Program-made: the position numbers and the translations under genes
Notes under the pieces: model-generated
Told to the model about the DNA's origin: nothing
What the model saw: the letters and a program-made list of their open reading frames with translations, nothing else
Databases searched by the model: none
NCBI RefSeq assembly: GCF_006345805.1
Contig: NC_043004.1
Coordinates: 64,356,001-64,420,000 of the forward strand
Reading direction: 5' to 3'
DNA: 64,000 nt
Source of the DNA: Octopus sinensis
Lineage: Eukaryota
Shown here: positions 25,625 to 39,748 of the stretch, piece by piece
How the letters are laid out: each line of letters opens with the position of its first letter
Numbering within the stretch: the stretch's first letter is position 1

Positions 25625-26724
25625 TAATGATTAAGTATTTTCACTAAATTCTTCATTAATTTCAAAAATTAATTTAAATTCAGGCGGTATATTTCAACAG
25701 AAATATGGCAATTAAAGGGTTAAGAATAGTTCAGGAGGTTCCCTCTATAGGGAGGGGAATTCTGGTTGGCTAATTTTTTTGTTTATTCAGTTGTTGTTCT
25801 TAGTTTTTTTTTTTTATCTGATTTGATATGAAGTGTTTAAGTATACAATTTGGCTATGATTATGTGTAGGTGTGTGTATGAGTGCTTCTATGTCTACATG
25901 TGTATGCTTGGTGGCAAGGAGAAGTCAAGTTAATTGAATCCAAATTCGAAATATATTTCATTCTTATCAGTATCAGCTTGTTTAAGAGAAGAGGTGAAAT
26001 CTCAGAATTTATATGGGACAGAGATTAGACAAAACCAGAAGGGGTTCAGTGTGTGTGTGTGTGTGTGTGAGGGAAATGCTAATTTGGGAAAATGGAATTT
26101 AGAGAATAATAGAAAATAAATTTGATGTATGGTTATCTTTGGTAACAGTTATAAAGTCTAAACCTAGATTTCAATTTTCCTCTGTATATGCGTGTGTATT
26201 CACATGTATATACATGTGTGTGTGTGTACTTATGCCACTCATTTCTAAAATTCAAATACATGTGTATGTATAGATATACAAAGACATAAACATATATATA
26301 AAGATGTGTGTGTGTGTGTGTGTATATATGTATAAAAATAAGGACATGAAGATGTATATATAAAGATGCAAAGAGGTATGTGTATATATATATAGATATA
26401 GATGTGTGTGTGCACATATATAGATATAGATGTGTATGTATCTATATATATATATGTATTTATAGATAGATGTGTGTGTATGCGTGTGTATTTATAAAGA
26501 TAGAATGTGTGTGTACGTGTGTGTGTGTGTATGTATATATAGATAGATAGATTGATGGATGTAGATGTGTATGCATGTGTATATATGTGTGTGTATGTGT
26601 GTGCATATATGCATATACATATATATAGACAGAGGGAAGAGAGAGGTGCATGTGTGTGCATATATATGTATATATATATATGTATTTATAAAAATACAAA
26701 CTGGGACAATATATATAGATATGA

Positions 26725-26781
<57 letters not shown>

Positions 26782-27362
26782 TACACCCACAGATGTATGT
26801 GAATATAGATGTGTTTGTGTGTGTGTGTCTGCATATATATGTTATGTATGTACATACACACCACATTCATCTATCCCCATAATAAGTCCATGTGGTGTAA
26901 AGATAATTTGGTTTGTGGAAATTGGAAGGAATTTTCCCTTGCATAGAAAAGAGAGCGATTCTGCTGAGTTACTTCCTCTAATGTTCCTCTATTGACAACA
27001 TTAGCCATTATCTGTTGGGATCAGATGTCTGATCGGTGCCCAAACCACCCTCCACCTCCCACCCTGCCATCAATGCATATCCACAGCATCTCAGACTCTA
27101 TGTCTTCATATGGAATCAATAGTTTTTAAAACAAATCGTTTAATGATTATATATAATTATCTATCTGGAGCTGTTTGGGGTCCGATAACTCGTCAGTGGA
27201 AATTAAACAAGAAGCATTGTGTATTTAGTTGTGTTTATGCCCACATGCATGTGTGTGTGTACGTGTATGAATGTGTGCTTTATATATATAAATGCATGTA
27301 TGTGTGTGCATGTATAATTGCTTATATATCTATTTGTTTATATAGATATATATGTGCGTTTT

Positions 27363-27397
<35 letters not shown>

Positions 27398-27493
27398 ATA
27401 TCTATGTATACATATATATATATATATTATATATATATATATATATATATTTGTTATTCTACATACATATATGTGTGTGTGTGTGTGTGTGTG

Positions 27494-27525
<32 letters not shown>

Positions 27526-27918
27526 TCAGAATGAGATAAAAAAAACGAGGCTCTGAAGATTTTAGAACATTTATAAATAGGTCTTACAGCTGAAGGTCTT
27601 ATTCGCATAATCACCGAACCTGGAGCTTCACTATACTCTGTCCATAGCACTTACTCAGCATTACCTGGCACCTTTGGGTCTCATTGACACCATTACCTCT
27701 CATAACCTATACATATATATATATATATATATACATATACAGGCACACAAATATATATACACACACATATACATATACAAATTACTATATACGTAAGTGT
27801 ATGTAAGTATATATGTATGTATCAACAGTAGTTCATATATCCAAATAGAGGAGCCAGACTCTAAAGGCATTAAGGCAACAGAATATTTTTAGAAAGTTGA
27901 TTGTAATGGCTGGCTGGA

Positions 27919-27978
27919 GGGAGACCATTGGTTTCACACATATAAAACATTTAGATTTATATACGAATCATCAGACTT
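27919..27978 (-). ncRNA. Hammerhead motif of the 36.3-kb family (antisense); core intact, stem I disrupted
   Basis: CUGAUGA uucguauauaaa...uuuauaugugu GAAAC CAAU GGUC/. Flank 27860-27920 is homologous to 36181-36245. Confidence 0.55.
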
Positions 27979-28346
27979 GCGTGTGCCCGCGCGCACATAT
28001 GTGTCTATATATGTGTATATATATATATGTGTGTGTGTCTTTATATATGTTCATAAATCATCATCATCATCATTAAATTCACACATTCCATGCAGGTATG
28101 TGTTTGATGTTTTAACAGAATCCAGTCAGTTCAATGATTGTGTGTGTGTTGCATATATGCACACAGACACACCCCCTCATGTTTCGAGTTCTGTTTCCTT
28201 ATTTATATCCCCGAACCTACATACATATATATATGATCATTATCATTGTCGTCATCATTTAATATCCAATGTCCATGCTGGCATGGATTGGCCGATTTGG
28301 CCAGAGCTGGTAAGCCAGGGAGCTGCACCAGGCTCCAGTCTGATTT

Positions 28347-28388
<42 letters not shown>

Positions 28389-29799
28389 TTAAACTAATAC
28401 ACCTGTCATATGTACATACATCTATACATATATATCTATGTATGTATGTATATGTGGGCACAGGATGTCATGAAACTAGTACAAGAAAAAAGTACGAAGT
28501 ATGAGAACATGAACTATTCTTTCGAACAAAAAAAGACACAAATGGAAAACAAAACAAACTGCATAAAGAACGACCCTTCATCAGTTGTTGGCTGTTTTTC
28601 TAGTCTCGCATTTTGAGCATTTAACAACAATATACACTTTTGATAAAGCAGTTGTTCCTGTAAAGCAAATTAAATAAAATTTTGGATTTTGCAGAGGGTC
28701 AAAATAGGTAACACAAACAGGACAGTGAAAACAAACAGAAAGGGCTGCTAAGCCTAAACGTAGAGAAAGAAAGAAAGAAGACCGATGGTCACGTGGGAGC
28801 CACGTGAGCAATAGAGGAGGAGTGAGAGTGAGAGAGTAATAGGATAGAATAATGGGAGAAGAGGAGGTAAAAGAATAAGCGAGAGAAACGAAAGAGTAAA
28901 AAGATCATATAGAGTAAGCATCAGAATTATTAAGATAAAACTTTCTTGGAAGCGGATGCGTAACATATGTGTATGTTTGTCTCTTTCTATAAAATTGTAT
29001 GCCTGTATGAATATACATGTTCACATATGATGTTAGATATATTATTACATATACGCATCCATACACACCTAATAATATCTATATTGGTTTATATTTTTTT
29101 TAAATTGTCAAGCGTGAGTGTACTTGAGGTATTTGCATACGGACACACAAGATTAGAACCTGAGGATGAGCAAAAGCAGGATAACATTGAAGTAACCATA
29201 TTCCTGTCTATGTTCAGCATAAAATTGCAAAGATTACATAAATATCTGCTGAGAGGTACAGACAGTTATTTTTTGTCTCTACCTCTACATAATCTTTTTT
29301 TAACAGTATACTAATTAACTGATAAAATTTATTTTTATTATATGGGCTGGCATGAATTCATGCAAAAGTTTTGAATGTTAATTAAAATTGACAATGGATT
29401 AATTGGAGTGGAATAGAGATTATTTTTTGGTGGTGAAGTCCAGATGGCAACATTTTGAACAGAATTAAATCACTGGGCTGATTCTTAGAAAGCCACTCAC
29501 AAAATTGCTTGCAATGAAGTGTGTCTTCTTTCCTTCTGTTTTGGTTTTGCATTTATCATTGATGGATGATACAGATGGATGGAAATGTGACTCTTGGCAT
29601 CCATCTAAATATACATCTTTAGAAATTTGGAAACTGATATTATATTAATGGATGTTGAGATGTTGTTTAAATTTGCTGTGGATATTTTTCTCAACACTGA
29701 ATGATTTAAGTAAGGATGGAAAAAAAAAAAGTCTGCATTTACTTAATACAACAGAATGCTGCAATAAACCATTTTTATTTAATGTTTAAACCACTGCCA

Positions 29800-29853
<54 letters not shown>

Positions 29854-29995
29854 AAGAAGAAGAAGAAGAAGAAGAGGAAATATATTCTGGTCACACCAAG
29901 TGAGTTATAGGCTGTGCTAGTATTTTAAAATACTCAAACCATCAAACCATCTCATATCATGGCTATATACACACAATATATACATATATACAAAT

Positions 29996-30360
29996 AGGCA
30001 TAGGAATGGCTGTGTGGTAAGTAGCTTGCTTACAAGCCACATGGCTCCGGGTTCAGTCCCACTGCGTGTCACTTTGGCCAAGCCGACCAAAGCCTTGTGA
30101 GTGGATTTGGTAGACGGAAGCTGGAAGAAGCCCGTCATATATGTATGTGTGTGTATATGTTTGTGTGTCTGTGTTTGTCCCCCCCAACATCGCTTAACAA
30201 CCAATGCCAGTGTGTTTACATTCCTGTCACTTAGCAGTTCAGCAAGAGAGAGCAATAGAATAAGTAATAGGCTTACAAAGAATAAATCCTGGGGTTGATT
30301 TACTCGACTAAAGGTGGTGCTCCAGCATGGCCGCAGTCAAATGACTGAAACAAATAAAAT
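29996..30360 (+). mobile_element. Family-A SINE, full length
   Basis: Head aggcataggaatggctgtgtggtaag, tail atgactgaaacaaataaaat. Confidence 0.9.
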
Positions 30361-31139
30361 AATACATGCACACACACACACACATATATATCTACAAATG
30401 TATATATACATATATACAAAATCTGGAGAGTCTACTAGAGTAGATGCAAACATTAATATATGATTTATAAAAACATGGGACATATTAATAAATATCTGTA
30501 AATATAAAACCATCCAGATTTCTGAGTAGCTTATTTCTTCTAATATATAATACCTGTACATCACCTCCAAACATTATAATATATATACAAATATATACAT
30601 ATGTACACATGTATGTACATATGTATGTACTGAAGGGCATCCAGCTATAGAAACCATGTGAAATCAGACTGGAGTCTGGTGCAGCTCCTCAGCTTACTAA
30701 CTCTGGCCACACTGCCCAACTGGACAATGATGATGTGGGTAGGGGTTAAAAGATGGTGATGGTGTGGGCAGGGGCGCGTGTGTTTTCTTTTTCGTTTTTT
30801 AAATTAGTATTAATTTTGACCAACCACCTGTTTGGTAGCAAGGTTGTGAAGAAAAGCATCTTACTTCATTCATCATCCTTCGAATCTTAAGAAGGTCTTG
30901 CAGATTTCTGTTATCTTAGATACAGTGATCACTTGTAGTTGCACTCTCTCACCACTAACCAAAGTCAGACATACTTCCTCTCTCTCTCTCTCCCTCTTTC
31001 TCTCACTCTACTCCTAAGCCAGAGAGAAAAAGAGATTTGTGACTGAAGGAGGAAAATGAAACAGATTTTGACGTCAATCAACTGCACTGCCAACATTATC
31101 ACCATTGCACCCCTCTCTCTCTTGCTCTTACTCTCTTTC

Positions 31140-31170
<31 letters not shown>

Positions 31171-31759
31171 TTCATTATTCTAAGAAGAGAGAAAGAGAGA
31201 ACTTAGCACAACATTTTTCTTTTTCCTTTTACATTTCCACTCTAGAAGGATAGTTGCAGTTTGAGGGAGATTTAGCTGCTACTTTTCAAAATAGATATTG
31301 TACAAAACTTCCCATGAGGTTTGTCAGACAATAATAATAATTATACTTTCTAATCTAGGTACAGGGTTAGCAGTTTTGTGAGAGAGGGGTGAAGTTGATT
31401 ACATCAACCCCAACAAATGACTGGTACTTCAAGTGACCCTTAAAGAACGGAAGGCAAACCTGACCTCTGTACCATTTGAACTCACAATGTAAAGAGCCAA
31501 GAGAAATGTCCCTTAGAATTCCCTAAGGATTCCCTAAGGATCTTCTCTGGCTCAGTTATGATTCTGTCAGTTTGCCACACTAATTACTTCACATTTTGGT
31601 ACAAGGCCATCAATTAAGGGGAGAACACAAAATTGCAGCAACACAGCAACCCCCAGAAATTTACTGCTGGTTTATTTTATTGACCCTTGGAATGATACAA
31701 GGCAAAGCTGACCTCAGTGAGGTTTGAACTCTGAGTGTGGAGACCCATTACAAATGCTT

Positions 31760-32185
31760 TTAACCCTTTTGTTACCATATTCTTGTCCACATATGCTGCC
31801 TTTGTTTTAATCAATTTTTAAGATAATAGGCGCAGGAATATCTGTGTGGTAAGTAGCTAGCTTACAGATCACATGGTACCAGGTTCAGTCTCATTGTGCA
31901 GCACCTTAGGCAAGTGTCTTCTACTATAGCCTCGGGCCAACCAAATCCTTGTGATTGGGTTTAGTAGACAGTAACTGAAAGAAGCCTGTTGTTTGTTGTC
32001 TACACCACCTGTCTTCATCTAGGCATACGAGTGGCTGTGTGGTAAGTAGCTTGCTTACCAACCAAATGGTTCCGGATTCACTCCCACTGCGTGGCACCTT
32101 GGGCAAAGTATCTTCTACTATAGCCTTGGGCTAACCAAAGCCTTGTGAGTGGATTTGGTAGACGGAAACTGAAAGAAGCCCATTG

Positions 32186-32216
<31 letters not shown>

Positions 32217-32570
32217 TTGTCCCCCCCAACATCGCTTAACAACCGATGTTGGTGTGTTTACATCCCCGTAACTTAAAGGTTTGGCAAAAAAGACCGAAAG
32301 AATAAGTACTAGGCTTAAAAAGAATAAGTCCTGAGGTCGATTTGCTCGACTAATGGCAGTGCTCAGGCATGGCCACAGTCAAATGACTGAAACAAGTAAA
32401 AGGGTATAATGAGGAATTTAGCAAAATAACTTTCTCGATATCAACCTGAGGTCTGGAACAAATTAGCATAAAATCTTCATGGAAGACTATAATTTAGACC
32501 ACTTTTAAACAGTACGTTTACGTCATAGAACCCAGGGTGGTCTCAGGCAGGTTGGTATCAAAAGGGTTAA
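31760..32570. mobile_element. piggyBac-type MITE with two nested family-A SINEs (31828-~31990 partial, 32021-32404 full)
   Basis: TTAA-cccttttgttacc ... ggtatcaaaaggg-TTAA (13-bp TIR, 1 mismatch). SINE block flanked by ataat direct repeats. Confidence 0.8.
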
Positions 32571-33177
32571 CCCTTCTGATGCCAACACTCCAGCCTGACA
32601 ACTCTAACAACTTGGCCACTTCACCTCTTTAGAAATTTGTTTTAATTGTGCTGAGTAAAAATTTATGTCCAGCGTTCAACTTGACCATCTGTAAGTGGGA
32701 AGTCTGCACAAAAATAAATGATGGTGGCAGAGAGGAAGGTGGCATGAATGGTGAGAAGAAACAGGGGGGGGGAGTAGATGGAGGGGAGGATGTAGAAGTA
32801 GAGGGAGGGTGGAATAGATGGCAGGGAGGAAACGGGTGGGGTTTGAGTAAAATAAAATAAGTCAATAAAATTGACTTGCCAATAACTGAACGCTGTTTTA
32901 TGTTCTTCATCACACTTACGCATCTGCATACACATCTATAGACACACACACACACACACACACTCGCACATACACACAGTTTAGCAATAAATTACATCAC
33001 CATCATTATCACTACTAATACCACCACCACCACCGCCACCCTACCAACAACAACAGTGCTGTCAAGACCAACACTATTGTCACTAGTAAACTATCACCAT
33101 CACCACCAGCACTGCTACCTCTAGTAACACAAATATTAACATTACCACTTCAAATTACCACTACCACTATCACTACT

Positions 33178-33252
33178 CCCACCAATACTATCCCTACTCC
33201 CACCAATACTATCCCTACTACCGCCAGTACTATCCCTACTATTGCCAATATT
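33178..33252. repeat. 21-bp tandem repeat, 3.5 copies (cccaccaatactatccctact)
   Basis: Two identical units (33178-33198, 33199-33219) followed by diverged units. Confidence 0.85.
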
Positions 33253-33429
33253 ACTACCACCACTACTACTATTAATAATAATGCCACTACTGATGGTAGC
33301 ACTACTAATGCTACCATAACTAACGCCACCACCACCACCACCACTACCAACTACAACAATATTGTCACTATTAAGACATAATATGACTGCTACTGATGCC
33401 AAAGCCAAGATTGTCATTATGTTGGACAC

Positions 33430-33460
<31 letters not shown>

Positions 33461-34657
33461 CCTCTGCCGCCAGAACAACTATCAATTATTTAATTGCTTT
33501 CTGAAAGAGATAACTTTAAATTGAAGTTTTGCTTGAAAGAATCTTTTAAAACAATTACACACACACACACACACACAACATACACACACAGAATTTACAA
33601 ACACATACAATGAACACGTACAATACACACATACACACCCATATACACATATTGGAAAAAGGATATAAATGTGATGATAATAATACTCACAGAAAAACAC
33701 ACAATGTGTGGCAAGGAGCAAAGAGATAACTATACATACATACATACATTCATACATACATACATACATACATACATACATACATACATACATACATACA
33801 TACATACATACACACAAATATATGAAAAAAACCCATTTACTGAAGAACTCACTCGACAATTGAACAATTGAACCTACAGCAAGTTCAGCTTGCAATGATT
33901 AACATGACCTGACACAGACCTAAAATATATATATATCATCATCATCATCATTTAACGTCCGTTTTCCATGCTGGCATGGGTTGTACAGTTTGACAGGAGG
34001 TGGCAAAGCCAAAGATTACACCAATTTCTATTCTCAGCTTTGGCATGGTTTCTACAACCTGATGCCAACCACTTTACACGGGGCACAGTGTGCTTTTTAT
34101 GTAGGACAGGCTCCAGCATGGTCATCAAGCATCTTGCATGACAAAGACCACCATCCCTGAATTGAGAGGGGGAGTGGTATTAAAGGAAGTAGTGGCTTTG
34201 TTGGTGCAGGAGCCACGAGGCAGGCGTCGTCAGGCATCGCCATTTACATTGCGGTAACGCATCTACCTCCCGGTCGTTTTGGTCCACACAGTTCCTCCAA
34301 GGGTGCTCTTGCAAAAGAGGAAGTACATGGTTACCCCAGTTGAGGGGAGAGAGAGAGAGAGAGAATGGTGAAGTTATACTAGGACAGACCCTTGGAATAC
34401 AAGAAGGTGAAATATATATACGGACAACTATACTTGTGTGCATTTCAGCTGTATATATAACATCATCATCATTTAATATCCATTGTCCATCACTAGCGTG
34501 GGGTGAAGATTTGACCAGAGCTGGAGAGCTACACCAGACTCCAGTCTGATTTGGTATGGTTTCTATGGCTGCTGGATGCTCTTCCTGACACCAACAAATC
34601 ATACAGATTCGTACAGGTGATTTTATGTGGTACCACACAGGTGCTTTTGCATATATA

Positions 34658-34873
34658 TACGAAGGGATGCAGAAAAGTTCCTGGATTCGGGTAAAAGAAG
34701 ATAAAGGTGGTTCAGTTAATTATAATTTTACTCAACATATTCCATTCTGAGATCGACCCTCTTTTGGCAGTGGTCCTTCAGTTTTACTAAGCCCTGTGAA
34801 AGAACTTGGAAGGCTGGGCTTCCAACCAAGCCTTTTGTAATACCCTTAAAGCCAGGAACTTTCAGCCCCTCAA
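34658..34873. mobile_element. Tc1/mariner-type MITE
   Basis: TA-cgaagggatgcagaaaagttcctgg on the left and ccaggaactttcagcccctc on the right form imperfect mariner-like TIRs. Confidence 0.7.
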
Positions 34874-35577
34874 ATGACATATCCACCACGGCCTTAAAAT
34901 AACCCAAATACATACGCAAATATTAAAAAATGATACGCTCAAGCGATCCCCAAGAATTCATTAAAAGACAGTCCCAATCACTGCTATAATCCATAATGAG
35001 CCAATTTTAAGTCACATGACCATTTAACACCTTACTACTTTCATACTATGTACATTCTATCTTTTTCTCCCTTCTCTTCTTCTTTGTCTTCTTCCTCCTC
35101 CTTCTTCACCACTATTGCTATTTAGAATAACACCTATGCAAATTTTATAAACAAAACATTTCTTTTAATTTTTCCAAAATTTAATTGTTTTCCATATTTA
35201 CAGTTGAAAAAGTCTCAATGACTGAAACCGGGACTGAAATGGTTTTTATAAAATTATTTTAGCATTTTCTATCTTGACTTTTTTTTCCACATATATATAT
35301 ATCTTTGAAACGAAAAAGACTAATTTCAACTCTTAAATGACTTCTGATGGACTAGTTTAACAATATAAGATAAAGAAAACAAGGGAAAAGAGAAAAAAAA
35401 AATAATATCTTGAATTAATAAGCACTGATGAGGATTAATAAAGCCCAAATGGGACCAAATGCAGATATTCTGGCAATAATAAAGGATCTTATAACAAAAC
35501 ATGGATGTTCTCTTTCCTTTCTTTCCACTGAAGAAGAAAACTGACAAAAAAAGTTATTCTCTCCCCTGAAGTGCACA

Positions 35578-35638
<61 letters not shown>

Positions 35639-36244
35639 TGCATCCATAATAGCTTGTCAGCTAGCAGCAAACACAGATTCAAAATGATGGGTGTGTTTTA
35701 GGTCCGATCCACTGAAACAGTTGGTCTGAGAGCCAAGACCAGATGAGATATAGAAGGGTGAGTAATCCAAATTCATCTTAAAGGATGAAGTGAAAGAAAA
35801 ACAAAGCCAGCAAGTTCAGAATTTGCATCCAATAAAGAAAACAACAAGAATTGTGTTTCACTGCAGCACAGATATAGACATGTGGCTACTCGGAAGGCCA
35901 TAACATAAGACAAGAATAGATTCATTTATGTCTCTATATGTTTCAGCCCAAAGGCTGTGGTCATGCTGGAGCACCACCACTGTCATCATCTCTTTTCAGT
36001 AGCCATAATTATGGCCCAACCCTCTGCTTTCCGGCTTTCTTCGTTTATCCTTATGGCAGACAGCAAACTTCTGTAGGATGCTTCTTTTAATTACTGTGTA
36101 TGTGGTTGTGCATATGTATATGAGAGTATATATACATATATACATCATCAGTATTTCATATGTCCAAAAAAAAAGCACATTCTAAAGAAGCATTAGAGCA
36201 GTAATATTTTTTTTAGGAAGTTAAAAGTTATTTTGGTTGTCATA

Positions 36245-36304
36245 GAGCGACCGTTGGTTTCACACCTATAAAGCGATTAGCAGTATAGTCAACTCGTCAA
36301 ACTC
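36245..36304 (-). ncRNA. Hammerhead motif (antisense), C3U variant
   Basis: gagu UUGACGA guugacuaua...uauaggugu GAAAC CAAC GGUC/ gcuc. Confidence 0.6.
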
Positions 36305-36308
36305 AAAT

Positions 36309-36368
36309 GAATCTGATGAGTCGCCAATAGTACTAAGCGCTTTATTGGTGTGAAACCAATGGTCACTC
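36309..36368 (+). ncRNA. Type-I hammerhead ribozyme (sense), core intact
   Basis: gaau CUGAUGA (36313-36319) gu cgccaaua...uauuggug u GAAA (36352-36355) CC AAU GGUC/ acuc. Predicted cut after 36364; one mismatch in stem I. Confidence 0.7.
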
Positions 36369-36503
36369 TATGACAACCAAAATAACTTTTAACTTCCTAA
36401 AAAAAATATAGGGTAAAAGGGTAAAGACCCCCCCCCTCCTTTGTTACTCCGTTATAAATGAGGATGTCACTAGTTGTAGCTGAGCAGAAACCGATGATGC
36501 TTA

Positions 36504-36894
36504 CTCTTTTACTTGTTTCTGTCATTTGACTGTGGCCATGCTGGAGCACCGCCTTTAGTGGAGCAAATCAACCCCAGGACTTATTCTTTGTAAGTCTAGT
36601 ACTTATTCTATCAGTCTCTTTTGCCGAACTGCTAAGTTACGGGGACATAAACACACCAGCATCAGTTGTCAAGCAATGTTGGGGGACAAACACAGACACA
36701 CAAACATATACACACACATACATATATATATATATACACACACACACACAAATATACAACGGGCTTCTTTCAGTTTCCCTCAACCAAATCCACTCACAAG
36801 GCTTTGGTCAGCCCAAGGTATCATGCCTTAGGACTGAACCCGGAACCATGTGGTTGGTAAGCAAGCTACTTACCACACAGCCACTCCTATGCCT
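36504..36894 (-). mobile_element. Family-A SINE inserted in a duplicated segment
   Basis: Both SINE ends present; the empty site is seen at ~40700-40720. Confidence 0.9.
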
Positions 36895-37312
36895 ATGTTT
36901 GTTGCCATTTCTTATCAATAAATCATAGCTCTGTGCTTTCAAATTCCTCTGGAATGAAAAAGAAAAATTTCCTTTACTTGAAAAAGAATTAAAAGTTGGT
37001 GACAGGAAAACATACAAATAGAAAGTTCACCTCTGAGGCAGAAGCTCAGGCAAGGTTGTTTATGGAAGACCAGCAGTTACCCATGCATAACGGACTCCCC
37101 CATTCCACACCACTAATGTTACCCAGCTAGGCACCTGTGACATCGCAACTCATTTCTATAGCTCACTGCACTGGAGCAATGTGAAATAAAATGTCTTGCT
37201 CAAGAATACAACGCATAACCTGGTCTGCGAATTGAACTCAATACCACATGATTGTGAGAGCAACATTCTAACCATTGAGCCATGCACCCTATATATATAT
37301 ATATATATATAT

Positions 37313-37716
37313 AGGCGCAGGAGTGGCTGTGTGGTAAGTAGCTTGCTTCCCAACCACATGGTTCCGGGTTCAGTCCCATTGTGTGACACCTCGCGCAAGT
37401 GTCTTCTACTATAGCCTCAGGCCGACCAAAGCCTTGTGAGTGGATTTGGTAGATGGAAACTGAAAGAAGCCCAGCGTATATATGTATATATGTGTGTGTC
37501 TATATATGTATGTGTTTGTGTGTCTCTGTTTGTCCTCCCAACATTGCTTGACAACTGATGCTGGTGTGTTTAAGTCCCCGTAACTTAGCGGATCAGCAAA
37601 AGAGACCGATAGAATAAGTACTAGGCTTACGAAGTATAAGTCCTGGGGTCAATTTGCTCGACTAAAGGCAGTGCTCCAGCATGGCCGTAGTCAAATGACT
37701 GAAACAAGTAAAAGAG
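37313..37716 (+). mobile_element. Family-A SINE, full length
   Basis: aggcgcaggagtggctgtgtggtaag ... tgactgaaacaagtaaaagag. Confidence 0.9.
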
Positions 37717-39264
37717 TATGTATATATATATTTGAGAGAGAGATACATACATAAAAGAATGCCCCACCACTAACACCACCACCACCACTACCAATTTGGT
37801 GCACCAGAACAAAGAAGGTGGAGCACCAATGTGGCTATACTCATGGTGCTTTTCCATGGAAAAGAAAACGCGAGACTTATCCAGATATGAACCACAAATA
37901 CAGAGAGAAAGAAGGAAAGAAAGACTATACACACACACACACACACACAAGAGGTTATAGTTATACACTCATACACACACAGAAACACATACACACGTAC
38001 ATACATCCGACTTTTGCTGTCTATTTAAGTTAAATCAAAAAGTTTCGTTGACCTCCCACCCCAGCCCCTGCCAAACCCCCAACCCTCTGAGGAGGGGAGA
38101 ATGGTTTCAGGCATTCTTACTTTTGGAATTGGTTTATCCTTATGGCAGACAGCAAACTTCTGCAAGATGCTTCTTTTAATTACTGTGTGTGTGGTTGTGT
38201 ATATGTATATGTGTGTGAGAGTATATATATATATATATATACACACACACATACATATATGTGTGTGTGTGTGTGTGTACACAGGGGCATATAGGGTGAT
38301 TGATATATACACATACTCACAGTTACCTACGTGTGTATACCAGGGAGTAAAGTTGCCTTTCTCCCATTATATACACCTATGTCTGTCTGTATATGTGATG
38401 TCTTCATTGTATATGCATGTATATGTATGTAACATACAACTCTGTGTGTGTGAATGTATATATATATATAATATACATATATATATATATACATAATATA
38501 TATATATAATATATATATATATCTATATATATATATATATTATATATCTGTCTATCATACATATATATAGATAGATATATATGTACATATAAATGTATGC
38601 TGAAAGAACTAAACTATTTGTATGTTTTATACTTCTATGTATAACACAAATTATATAAATCATATATATATATACACACACACACACACATATATATATA
38701 CATATACACACACATACATATACACATTCATATGCACATATACATATATGCACATTCACACATGCACACATACTTACACACACACACGTACACATCCACA
38801 TCCACACACACGTACATACATTTATGCACATACACATATCCTTATATCCCTGAGAAGAAATTCTCTAACTACACCAGGATGTCACGTCTGTCATACATTT
38901 GTGTTGTCAACCATGAAATCATTACAAAAATAAAATAAAATATAAACAAATACACTTTTTTTTTTTTTTACTTTTCTCTCCTTTTCCAATCTTATTTCCC
39001 AATTTTTTCTTCCTTCTGCTCAAAGAACCATTTTCTCTACACACCAAATTTAAATATCCTTGTAGACTATTTGTTTCTGTGTATCTATATGCATGTTCAT
39101 TTGTCTGTTCTATGTCTATTTTTTTCATGCTTGCATGGGTTTGATGAAGGCTTATTTTTGTGGTGGTATTTTATATGGCCAGATGCCCTTCCATGCTAGA
39201 GTTGGTGATCACTTTCCTTTAAATTACATTCTGAATGTGCATGTGTGTGTATATATATATATAT

Positions 39265-39666
39265 AGGCATAGGAGTGGCTGTGTGGTAAGTAACTTGCTT
39301 ACAAACCACATGGTTCCCGGTTCAGTACCACTGCGTGGCACCTTGGGCAAGTGTATTCTACTATAGCCTTGGCCGACCAAAGCCTTGTGAGTGGATTTGG
39401 TAGATGGAAACTGAAAGAAGCCCGTTGTATATATGAATATATATATATGTATGTGTGTACATATGTTTGTGTGTCTGTGTTTGTCTTCCAACATTGCTTG
39501 ACAACCGATGTTGGTGTATTTATGTCCCCGTAACTTAGCGGTACAGCAAAAGAGACCGATAGAATATGTACTAGACTTACAAAGAATAAGTTCTGGGGTC
39601 GATTTGCTCGACTAAAAGTGGTGCTCCAGCATGGCCACAGTCAAATGACTGAAACAAGTAAAAGAG
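39265..39666 (+). mobile_element. Family-A SINE, full length
   Basis: Same head and tail as 37313-37716. Confidence 0.9.
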
Positions 39667-39711
39667 TAGAGAGTATATATATGGTTTATATAATTTGTGT
39701 TATACATTGAA

Positions 39712-39748
<37 letters not shown>

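Larger units (their letters stand above)
36170..36409. mobile_element. Second fold-back hammerhead element (206-bp palindrome 36204-36409)
   Basis: 101-bp arms 36204-36304 and 36309-36409 with 4-nt loop aaat. Outer 44 bp identical; 12 substitutions in the inner 57 bp. Non-palindromic relatives at ~27860-27978 and ~54337-54465. Confidence 0.85.

Noticed and set aside
28500-28600. CUGAUGA and GAAA on the minus strand in a repeat-like region
   Set aside because: Stems II and III depend almost entirely on G-U pairs or mismatch; too weak to call.
33142-33429. Ser/Gly-rich ORF with GGSRDSI repeats
   Set aside because: Explained by the 21-bp tandem repeat and (CAC)n; antisense and without splice support.
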